Origin: a virus
Lineage: Duplodnaviria; Caudoviricetes
DNA length: 25,930 bases
IMG/VR virus record: IMGVR_UViG_3300009790_002509
Span: 1-25,930 of that record
Direction: 5' to 3' (one strand)
Positions 1-11,400 of the stretch are shown piece by piece. A program made the translations under genes and the position numbers. Under the pieces are notes generated by a model that was given only the letters and a program-made list of their open reading frames with translations, ran no database searches and was not told the origin of the DNA. Positions within the stretch are counted from its first letter, which is position 1. The number at the start of each line of letters is the position of its first letter.

Positions 1-513
1 AAGATTAGTTACTGATATGTCATTAGGTAATCTAGCATTATCAAATTGAGCTGATGTTACCTGTGTCGCTGCTATATTATATGTTAATTGATTAGCACCC
101 TCAAAGAATGCAGTACCACGTATACTACCAGTGACATCTAAATCATAAGTTGTACTAGTACCTGATACAGAAATAGAGGGAACTGTAAGTAAATCTGATG
201 TGTCATCATAAGTAAATGCAGCCTCACCAGAAAGTGCGAGTCCATCCTTCCACTGTATTTGATTACTACCAGTACCACCTGGTTGTAATCCACCAGCAAG
301 ACCACCAGAAGCAAATAAATTCCAGTTAGCAGTATCTACAGTACCAGTAACCGATGGTATCTGGTTAGTATTATCTGCTACTGCAATATATGCACTAATA
401 GTAGATCCGTCATCATAATGGACAAGATCATCTGTTGTATATGCTGTACTATTAGACCATAAACCTTGCCAGGTAAGTTTAATCTTACCAACGTCTATTG
501 TGAATTCTGCCAT
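1..513 (-). CDS. Putative tail fibre/virion structural protein, N-terminal 171 codons only (runs off the window start)
   Basis: Not in the ORF track; translated by hand. ATG at 513-511 overlaps the upstream TAA (TAATG), and the frame is open to base 1: MAEFTIDVGKIKLTWQGLWSNSTAYTTDDLVHYDDG...GGTGSNQIQWKDG...LSGEAAFTYD. The 'G+IK..W.G.W...TAY..DD+V' start and the 'G...QIQ+.DG' motif are typical of cyanomyophage fibre proteins. Confidence 0.8.
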   Translation of the reverse strand, partial: MAEFTIDVGKIKLTWQGLWSNSTAYTTDDLVHYDDGSTISAYIAVADNTNQIPSVTGTVDTANWNLFASGGLAGGLQPGGTGSNQIQWKDGLALSGEAAFTYDDTSDLLTVPSISVSGTSTTYDLDVTGSIRGTAFFEGANQLTYNIAATQVTSAQFDNARLPNDISVTNL

Positions 514-2480
514 TACCTTACAGTGACGATGAGATGCCCACTACTATCTATATTGAAAACCAATCCAGCAGGTGCGAAAAATTGGTGGGTATTCTGTGGG
601 TCTGAATACTCTGAATATGATATGTTTGTAGACCTTCCTGATTTAATTACAGTAAGATTAGATTGTGATGATGTTGGTTTCTGGATTATATAATAATCAC
701 CAGCATCACCAGACTCTTTCCAATTGACACCATTATATGTCTTTAGTGTATCCTCAGCAGTATTATAGAAAATCTGTCCATTAATAGGAGTTTGAGGATC
801 TACCGCACCAGATATGTCTACTTTATCTGATGTGACTGAATTGTCTGCTAACTTCTCAGTTGTAATATTCAGATTACGAATAGTATTAGTTACAACTGCT
901 TCTTGTCCAGCACCACTATTTAATTTAAGATCTGTTACAGAGTCATCTGCAAGTGATGTACTACCATCAATTCCACCTACGTTAATTTTAGCCGATGTAA
1001 TTGTGTTGTCTGCTAATTTGGCATTCGTGACTGATAGGTTAATAATTTTAGTAGTTGAGACTGACAAGTCATCAAGCGTATCCGTCTGGACTCTTGTGAA
1101 GTCCTGTAGAGTACCAGTTGCAGTTGCAGGAGACTGAAATAAGTAACCTGCTGAGAATACAGACCAGATACTTCCATTGTAATACCTTGTTCTAACGTAG
1201 TAATTAGTTGATGGACGGATAGAATCAGTTGGAATTGGGAATGTAGTTTTGTTTACACTGTCATCTGTGGCCACAATAACCACGTTAGTGAATCCAGCAT
1301 CAGTTGCTACCTCCCAATCACTATAAGTATGTGTCTGACCAGTACCTTGTGTTGCAACAAAGGTAGATGAAACTACATCCATTCTATCATATATTGCAGA
1401 CTCTGTAATACTACTAATAAATGGACACTGTATCTCACCAGGAACATCAATAGTAGTAAAGTATATTGGTTCAGAATATTCTGAATACCAATCTACATTC
1501 TGTAAGTCAACATACTGATACCTTACACGTACATAATATGTTCTACCTTCCTCTAATATACCACTACCAATGGTAAGAGATGTTTTATTGTTAATATCAT
1601 TTAATGATTGATACACAAGACCACTAGTGTTGGTAATCTGTGATGATGTAGTACCAGTAGCACCTGGAGGTGTACTTGAACTACTACCAAACGTAGGTGA
1701 AAATGCTACCTGCCACGTAGATGATACGTGAGTAGCACCATTACTACCAGTAAATGCGGAAGAACTAATAGTTGGTGTCAAACTTTGATTAGGTGCTGCA
1801 TCAACAGGTGTTGTTATAGATGGCCTATCAATCTGAGGATTAACATTAGTCTGAGTATCAGTATAGAATGATGCTGGATTAGACCATTCTGAATACTGTC
1901 CAAGATTATCTTTATATCTTACTCGTATATAATATAATGTATTATATGTTAAATTAACATTAGCATCATAATATTGCGTAAGCATACTAGGACTATCTAA
2001 TATCTGTGACGTGATAGTTCCAAAATAATAATCAGTAGATATCTGCCAATCACTTCTACTATGTGTATTCACTCCAACATATGCAGATGATGGAATGATA
2101 GGAAGTAATGCTGTTGGTGAGCTAATAGTTATTGTTGGTTTATTAATCTGCGAACCAGTATCAAACTCTGCAATTTGAGACCAGTTAGAGATATTACCAA
2201 GAGTATCTCTATGTCTAATACGTAGATAATAAGTTTTATTTAATTCTAAAGTAGATGCTGGTACAGTTAAACTAGTTTTGTTAACTGTATCATTCTGGTT
2301 ATAAACATACGTGGCAGATTCAAAACCATTAGAGGTATTAATTTGCCAATCAGTTGAGTCGTGTGTGCCAGGAGCAACCCCATCAGTTGTCACTGCATAG
2401 AAATTTGTAGATGCAACAGTCGGTGTTAACGAACTGGGTGATGGGAGATACCCGACAGCTGGTGGGAATACTAGTGCCAT
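513..2480 (-). CDS. Virion structural/fibre protein with four FN3-like repeats and a 10-residue 'ITxAKLA' shaft repeat (655 aa)
   Basis: Four copies of H-x-S-x-W-(Q/E)-(I/V)...YY(L/I/V)R(I/V/T)R(H/Y)...S-x-(W/Y/F)-S, then VSTTKI/VTNAKL/ITSAKI/ITTEKL/VTSDKV repeats and a 'GQIFYNT...LKTYNG..W' fibre motif. Confidence 0.75.
   Translation of the reverse strand: MALVFPPAVGYLPSPSSLTPTVASTNFYAVTTDGVAPGTHDSTDWQINTSNGFESATYVYNQNDTVNKTSLTVPASTLELNKTYYLRIRHRDTLGNISNWSQIAEFDTGSQINKPTITISSPTALLPIIPSSAYVGVNTHSRSDWQISTDYYFGTITSQILDSPSMLTQYYDANVNLTYNTLYYIRVRYKDNLGQYSEWSNPASFYTDTQTNVNPQIDRPSITTPVDAAPNQSLTPTISSSAFTGSNGATHVSSTWQVAFSPTFGSSSSTPPGATGTTSSQITNTSGLVYQSLNDINNKTSLTIGSGILEEGRTYYVRVRYQYVDLQNVDWYSEYSEPIYFTTIDVPGEIQCPFISSITESAIYDRMDVVSSTFVATQGTGQTHTYSDWEVATDAGFTNVVIVATDDSVNKTTFPIPTDSIRPSTNYYVRTRYYNGSIWSVFSAGYLFQSPATATGTLQDFTRVQTDTLDDLSVSTTKIINLSVTNAKLADNTITSAKINVGGIDGSTSLADDSVTDLKLNSGAGQEAVVTNTIRNLNITTEKLADNSVTSDKVDISGAVDPQTPINGQIFYNTAEDTLKTYNGVNWKESGDAGDYYIIQKPTSSQSNLTVIKSGRSTNISYSEYSDPQNTHQFFAPAGLVFNIDSSGHLIVTVR
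820..1085 (-). repeat. Protein-level ~10-aa periodic repeat (V/I-T-x-x-K-L/I-A-D-x-x), fibre shaft type
   Basis: LDDLSVSTTKIINLSVTNAKLADNTITSAKI ... LADDSVTDLKL ... IRNLNITTEKLADNSVTSDKV; coordinates approximate. Confidence 0.7.
1130..2430 (-). repeat. Four tandem FN3/Ig-like domains (~100-130 aa each)
   Basis: THDSTDWQI..KTYYLRIRH..SNWS; THSRSDWQI..TLYYIRVRY..SEWS; THVSSTWQV..RTYYVRVRY..SEYS; THTYSDWEV..TNYYVRTRY..SVFS. Confidence 0.75.
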
Positions 2481-2494
2481 TAGTTTAGTCTATG

Positions 2495-5400
2495 TTATGA
2501 GCAAGTAGGGTTACAATCACCCAAGTATGAATAAAGAATTGGCCAAGGTGCTGGAACTTGGAAGTCCAGTGTTCGTGGTGTGATACCATCAGTTACCTTA
2601 ACTTGTGCTATTCCATCCATACCTATAATAGGTTGTTCAGGATGATTACGATCTCTCAATGGTTTGATGAAGTTACAGAAGTAATCATTAGATGGTGTGA
2701 CGCAAGCACCGTTCTGCGTATATGCAAAGTCATATGTATGATCCTGACAAGGATCAGCAACTGCTGTAAGGTTAATCAAATCAGTAAGAGTAAATGGTGA
2801 TTCAACTAACTCTACCCACAATGTGTATACTTTCTGAGTACCACGTGCAGGGAAGATAGCAGGTTGAATATCATTCTTAATTGAGAAATCAACTGGCATA
2901 TTAATGCTAGTATCACCACGGAAGGGACACTCACGTAAGAGTCCAGTAGCTGCTGCTAATTGACCAGTGTATGTGCTAAAATCACCAGTGTTAACGACTG
3001 TAGGACCATTAGCGTGTGTAGCATTATTAAGAGTAAAGATAGTTCTTGTACCACCATCAGTAGTTTCCATATATGGGAACTCATTGACGATACGTAACCT
3101 CCAAGTAAATGTACCAGCATCAATTGTATATGATACCTGCACATCCTGTGTCTGGTTGTCAATAACAGTGAAATTCTGTGCACCCTTATAGTAATCCTGA
3201 ACCTTTAAGGTATTGATATCAATGTATGGTAGTGCACTCAAAGGTGATCCAGCAACGTCAATCACGAATGAACGTGTGAGAATGTTACCAAAGTAATCGC
3301 CACAAGTTAATGTAGTGTCTACGAATCCCTGATCGTGACGTAAGTATCCATTAGATAAAGTACCAGTCCATCCATTAGCATACTCGTACCACCACATACC
3401 CAACTGAGGTGGGTTAGCAATAACACTGATCTCGTTAGAGAGTGATGAGTATGTTCCGTTGTAAAGATACAACTGGAATGAATATGGTTCATTTACACCA
3501 GCTGGTATACCATTACAAGGAATGTCAGTAGCACGAATTACATTACCAGAATTATCTTTAGGTGGTACTAAAGATGATGGGTTTTGAACAGGTACTTCGA
3601 TAGCATATCCACCGTACATAGTACGAAGTGGGAACTCTTCAGTGGTACTGATATAGTTACCTACATATACACCATTTCCTCCTTCAGTGTATGAATAATC
3701 AATATTGATATCTTCACGGGCATCTACTCTAGATCTATAGTATGATGACATCAGTGGTATATAATCAGGATATGTATCAAACTGCGACTTCCAAGCGAAT
3801 GACTTAGTACCTGTAGCAGTATCGTAACTGAATGACTTACTAAACCAGATATACTCGATGTTCTGGTCAGTACATACCAACTGTACAGGGAAGCGACCCT
3901 TATCAGGATCCTTATCAGCAGTTAGATATGGAGTAGTATTTGGATAATGTGTTTCTCCACCATACTCAGTATTTGCAGAGAATAAGTTAGCCGTAATTGA
4001 ATTAGCACCACTGTACATAGTCAGTGCTGGCTGTGCAGGTAGTGCAGGTAGATTAGCAACTGTTAATTGTACGGTAGATGTGGTGATTGCCGTGTAAGTA
4101 GTTGTGAGATCTAAGTGCTGTGAAGCAAATGTTGTACCACCAGATTGTCCGAAGTAGTAACTAGCAAGACTATAAGACTCAGGTAGATATACCTCGTACC
4201 AAGCACCAGCAGTTCCTGGTGTACCGTGACTACGTAAGTTAGTTGTATTTGATATTCCAGTAGGTCCAAGTCTCATCTCTAATGTCTTACCAGTCCAAGA
4301 AGAATCACTAACATCAAAACGATAGAATGCTCCTTTAGGTACTTCAAATACTGTAGAACCACCATTATTAACTCTTACCTGATAATCATTACCAATTGCC
4401 TCTAATTTATATGTTACTCTCCAACGCATCTTACAACGGAAGTATGCATTAGCAAACTGCCACCACTTATTAATAACTAGATGTGAAAATCCCATCTCAC
4501 GTCCTGTTACATCCTCATACCTTTCAACATAAGAATAGAATGCGTTCTTACCTTCTACATTATTCTCAAACCAATCAAACTCTCCTTCAAAACCAGCACT
4601 GGATACACCTGCTAATTCATTTAAATTATACCAAAGACTACCAGCACCACCACCCTTATCTCCATAGATTTGCCAGAATGGTACGTATTCAAACTTATCA
4701 TTGTCAAATTGAGATTGAGTAAACATAGTACTCATTGACTTGTAGAACATTGGACGTGAGTACCAGTTCTCATAAGCCCAAGCAACATTATCATTAGGTT
4801 CACCGTGAACCTTATAGACTGCATTATAATCAACAGTCTTATTCAAAGCATCGTAGACCATTGCTACGTCTGATGTATTAGTAGTAACGTTAGTTAACTG
4901 AATCGTATAAGTCTGAGTTTGCCCAGAAATATTTTCTTCAACTGTTAATGTTAAGTCTAGAGTTTCCGTATTGGTTAGAGTACCACTGAATACACCAGTC
5001 TCAGTATCAAATGTCAATCCACTAGTAGTGAAAGGTGCTGATGTGCTTATACTATAATCTCTATCAATAATAGTTTCAGCAGCATATGTTCTAAGGAATG
5101 ATACACCCAACTGTAAGTTAATTGTATCACCTAGATTATAGGTACCCAATGAACCAGCAGGAGTATACCAAGTAGTTAATAGATCAATATATGGTGTTAT
5201 AAGACCTCTAGTTACTGGCTCATCTTCGTGGTTATGATCTGTTCCTCTATCTACAGGAATTTGTTTTATCTCTGTACCTTCACCTTCCCCAGCCAATTCT
5301 TGTTGCTCAGTCTGGAACCATAATTTATTACTAGCAGACTGAGACTGCCAATTCTGTATACCATCCCATCCCTGCTTAGTTCCTGTTAAATTAGCAATCT

Positions 5401-8400
5401 TTAATAGATTACCACCAGTTTCACTTGATGTTGCTGTAAATGATGCCTCTGATGGAGTTATTTGGAAAGTTTTATTACCAGAATCTACGTCAGTAATTTG
5501 ATGCCATTCTTTTTGAAGAACATCAAATTCAATACCACCAACATCATATACAAATGATGAGCTCTCATATGCTGTGTCACCAGGGAAGATAGGATCTGAC
5601 TTGAATGTATCTCCAACAATATACGGGAATGCAGGATCACCATTATCATCTTCAGTAATGAAGTATGCATAGGTTCCATTTGGATAGTCAGGAGTCTTAC
5701 AATAGCGACCATTTCTCTTATCTAAGTCACCTACAATAAGTCTCTCACCCATATTAGCGTGATTGTAACAGAAGTAGAATAATGCTTGTGGAGTATCACT
5801 AGCAGGAGTAATCTCTACTGTTCTTAAAGTTGCAGCATCAAAACCAGCAACATAAGTAGCATAATCTACTACCGCATCTTCTAACTTATAAACAACACCA
5901 GTAGTATACACTGCGTTTATATCTTGTGGAGTCTGCCCACTAACGTGCCAGCCCTGTGATGTACCGTCACCATAGACGGAGAAAAGCATAGCGTGAGTAT
6001 CAAGAGATGAATCTGATAAGTTAAAGATATACTTTCTACCTTTTCTAAAGTTGAATGAAGGTTTCTCTACAGTTCCATCTAATCCAGTACCACTAATGAA
6101 GTAACGATTACCACTACCACTAGTAACAGCACTTGATACAACCACTGTATAAGTTGTTTCTAACCCATCGTTATCATTACCAGCATACTCATAGTCTTCA
6201 ATGAATGCCTTGTATGGATACGATACAGTAGAAGGACGGTTAAGATATCCATCAGGTGTTCTACCTTCCAACTTCAACATATATCCTGGTTTCAAACGAA
6301 CAACAGTACTACCACTATTCATTTCATCCGAATAACCATAAGGTCCGTAAATAGGATATCCATCAAATGCCATACCTAGGATCTTAGAGTGTCCATTAGC
6401 GTGTCGTCTGTAATCACCTTGAACATTAGTATTAGTAGCCGCATAATCACCCATCTTAGAATGATTGTTACAAACGTAATGAAGATAAGCAGGTGCATCT
6501 AAAGGAACTATAATAGTTACAGATCTAGTTGTTGCAATATCAAATGATGAAACATATGTAACAGCATCAACAGAGACACCATTAAGTCTGTATGTTACAC
6601 CATCGTTATACTTAACACCACCACCGTGTACACCATCATCAGTAGTAGAGAAGTACAATGGATGAGTATCATTGGTAGAATCATCCTGATTGAAGATATA
6701 TGTATTACCTTTAGTGAATGCTATTCCAGGTTGTTCGTAGGTAGTACCAGAAGAACTTCTTAAGAAATAACCATTAGCACTACCACTACCATAATCCTCA
6801 TTACCTGCGGTCTTAGCACCAACAGTTACAACCCAAGTAATAGTTTGATATCCTAAGTCAAAATAAGTATTAGCAATGTATGACGATCCAGTAAGTACAG
6901 GAGTAGCTTGATATGCTTCTAGTAACTTACTAGAGTTATATCCATATACATTCTGTGCATTAGGATAACCACCGTATGTGTCAGCACCAGTTAAGTTTTC
7001 ATTAGTAACGTCATTAAATGTCCAACCAGGAGTTGGTCCACTCTCGTTACTATAATGATACAGATATACACCAGTTGTGCTCAAACCAAATGGTTTAACA
7101 CTACGTAATGGTATAGAAGTTGCTGGATTTGTGGAATGACCATAATCAGTACCACCTCTCCAGTTAAAGTCTTGATCAAATGTTTGAGCAGCAATACTAT
7201 TTGGGTTACCAGCAGTAATTGCGATAGATGCTACAGCAGTTGCCTGTACACCACCAGCAACGTTTGGTGCTGCGATAGAAACAGTTGGAGCAGTTGAGTA
7301 TCCACTACCACCATCTGTAACAGTTAATCCAGAAATATAACCATCAAGAACCGATAGTGATGCGGATGCTTGAGCACCTGCACCACCTCCACCACCAGTA
7401 AAGCTAACAGTACAATTAGTATATCCAACACCAGCAGTGTCAACTGTTATACTATCAATAACACCAGTCTGCGTACCAATAGATGATCCAGCAGATGCAG
7501 GTTCTTCAAATACTGGGTTTGCAGATGCACTACCACCATAAGGTACAGGATCTCCATAGAATTGATCACCAAGAATATAAGGGAACGCAGGGTAAAGATC
7601 GGAACCATATGTCGCAAAGTATGCATATGTACCACCTGGGAATTCAGGAGTAATACAGAATCTACCATTTCTACGGTCTAAATGAATTGTTTCTCCAGCA
7701 GCATTAGTACCCGTCTTTAATTCATAATCCTCTACGAATGATCCCATTGGATAAGTATTTGTATTAGGAGCAAATCCAACAGGTTCTGTCAAAGTAATAG
7801 TACCTGTCATTGCTTGATGTGCTTCGCAAACGTAGTAATAAGTGCCAGGATATGCTGTAGATGTGTTCCACAATACAGTAGCATTATGGTTACCATTATT
7901 AGTTACACCAGCAACTACCTGTGAAGGGTTGTAAGGAGCAGGTACTGACTGGATCCAGAATGGATGGTTAACAGTAGTACCTCCACCACCACCAGCAGAC
8001 TGAATTGTAATAGTTCCAACCATACCAGAATGATACTCACACTGATAATAGTATGTTCCAGCAGTTGTTGGAGTCCAACTAACAGTACCACTCTGTGTAC
8101 CTTGGTTACTTGCAATAGGGTTTGAAACTTGATTTCCAGTACCAGTACCAGGAGATGTCTTCAAATAGAATGGGTGACCACTAGCAGATACTGTAAAGTT
8201 AATAGTATCACCTTCATAGAATGTTAATCCTGGATCAGCACCATTTTGGTTACCATTTCTATCAGATCCAGAGATTGTATAGTCACTAGAACTAGATGCT
8301 GTAACAACTAAGTTATAAGTTTGAGGAGTAGATCCACCTCCACCACCTGTAGTGTAAGATGCATTAACATTAAAAACAAGGTTGTCACCAACATTGGCAG

Positions 8401-11400
8401 CAATACTTATATCTGTACCAGTCTGTGTAGTATTATTCTGAGCAGTGAACATATAGTCATTGGCATCAGTTGCACTAACAGCCCAACTATAACTTACAGG
8501 AGTATATGGAGTACCAGAACGAGTAGTTCTCAAATCATAAGAAGATATCATCCTTGCTAAAGTTGTATCCGATGCAGGATCATCATATCCAATTGGACCG
8601 TAGATAGGATATCCATCATTAGCATATCCAATTATAGGTGAGTGATGAGTTGCATTAGCTAAATCGTAGTAAGTATGTGACGGTAAAGCAGCAGAATTTG
8701 AATTCGTAGTAATAGATGCAGCACCACCATATCCTGAGTATAATGAACAATAATAATAAAGGTTAGGTGACTCTGGTTGTACTTGTAAGTACGTACCAGT
8801 ATAGGGACTGCCATCACCAGGAACACCTAGGTACTGTACAGCTACGTTAAATACAGTACCACCTTGGATATGAATACCATCCTGTGATTCCGATATTCTC
8901 AATGGTCTTCCACTGTTACTAGAATCACTTTGATTGAAGAAATATGTATTACCTTCTGATAAAATAAGGTTTGGTGTCTGATTACCATCTATGTAATACT
9001 TATTACCACCAGTAGTATTAACTACAGTAACAGCATATTCTGTTGTTGATCCTTTCCATCTGGTAAACAGAAATTCAGAAGTAAGATAGTAGTATGCTCC
9101 ATCAGTATTAACTATACCAGTTCCACTATCAGCTCCAAATGAAGTTCTGGTAACATACTTATTGAAAGAATATCCACTAGGACAATTATATCCACTAGGT
9201 AAATTAACACCATCACCGTGACTATAACTACGTATGGTGATACCATTCTTCATAATACCAAGCATATCATAAGCAAATCCTGGGGTATTTGTAGGACTAC
9301 TAGCAGAAACGTTTCTACCACCACGATATGTAATTGTATGGTTATAACTCTTTGGTAATATTGAATATGAGTTATTGGAATTAGGGAAAATACCATACGT
9401 TGCTGGTTGCGGTAAGTTATCAGCAATTGTTGTTAGTGCTCTACTAACTGTGTTTAAGTTACCAGTTGTAACAGATCCACCACCAGAAACAAAATCATTA
9501 TCTGGGTTGTGTGCAGGACTATTAACTGGTGGAGTAGCATTTGCAATACCAACAACAGGTGCTACAGTATATCCTGAACCTGGACTATTAATATTAACAG
9601 CAGTAACAACACCATCAGTAACAACTGCGGTTGCTGTTGCACCAGTTCCACCACCACCCGTAAAGGTAATCAATGGTAAATCTAGTGGGTTATATCCAGC
9701 ACCACCGTTAGTAACGTTAACAGACTCTACTCCACCACCAGTAAGTGTAATATTTGCGGTTGCTGTTGCACCCGTACCATCACCAGTAAGTACAACAACA
9801 GGTGCTTCACTATATCCCGAACCAGCCTGATCTACGTTAACACCTGTAACAGCACCACCAGTCAATGTAATTTGTGCAGTTGCAGTAGCATTTGATCCAC
9901 CACCACCTGAGAATGAAACAACAGGTGCTATAGTGTATCCAGAACCTTGCTGACTTAATGTAAGGTCAGAAACATATCCAGATGTTCCAGCTTTAGGGAA
10001 TACACCGTAAAGACCTGGATCTGGATGATTGTCACTAACAACATTAAACAGTCCACCCTCTTTGTGATATGCAGCAGTAGGTGATCCAGCAGATGTTACC
10101 CATACGTCACTAATAACATCCTGTGCTATAATACCAATTGGTGTACGAAGTTGAACATAGTCACCAATAACAGGATTAAACCTATTAAATTCAGATCCCA
10201 AATTAAAAGTAATAACATTACTTGCTGCTCCTACAAAAACAGTGGTGTTAACACCATCCAATGTAATCTCATCCATACTGTTATTAGGATAAGTATTAAT
10301 ACTAGCACCACCAAACTCATAACTAACAGGTGATGCACTCGCACCATTATATGTACGTTTGTAATCCCAATCTAATGGTCTACGAAGGAAATTTTTTGCT
10401 AACTTAGGAAGTGATTGACCACCTTCATAAACATAATTCTGAAGATATCCCATCTTCGTAGCCCACTGGAGTAGAACACCAGCAACAAGAGGACCAGAGA
10501 ATGATGTACCATCAGTACAAGCATAGAAAGAAGAACTTACTAGGTTGTATGGGTAATTACTATTCCAATAGTAATGAGGAACATAAATGGATTCTCCAGG
10601 ACCACTAGTGGTAATAGTACCGTAATTAGAAAATGATGTAAACGCATTATTATAAGACGTAGCACCAACACTAATCTTACCATCTAAACTGGCTTGAGGA
10701 ATCTCCATATTGTACTGATTATCCTTCGGACCATTAGCACGAACACCAGCTAAGAATTTACCCTGATATCCTTCATACACCACATTTCCGTTATAGAATC
10801 CATTACCAGCAGAACGTACAAAAATAATACCTCTAGATATACAATAGTTCTCATAGTCATCATAAAGTGTATCAGCTCCTAAATCATTACCATCAAATCC
10901 AGGGTCATTCTTAGAAACATAAGGATATAGAGGACCAGGTCTTGTTGTTCCTAATGATGCGTTAACAACAGAAGGTCTATAGCTACCTTTCCAGTTAGCG
11001 TGATTAGGATCATTATGATTAACAATCGCTAATATAGCAAGAGCAAATCTACTTTGAAAACTTGAATACTCTGCTCCTTGATCATTAAAAACTTTTAACG
11101 CATATATTCTAGACTTCTTAGATACACCAAAATTTCTACCAGCAGATAGGCAAGCACATTGAGTCCCGTGCCCGTGATCATCTTCGTTAGTATTCATCTC
11201 ACCATTCCAATCAATGTTTGAAACATATCCTGGAACTTCATACACACGATAATTTGCTTGTTCTGTAGCACCATTCAAATCAGTTGCATAATCAGGGTGA
11301 TATAATTCTGGATGTAAATTAGCACCAGCAGTATTAGCTGGTCTGCTTGCACCACGAACACCAGTGTCAATCACATAAAGATCAGTATTCTCTCCATCTT

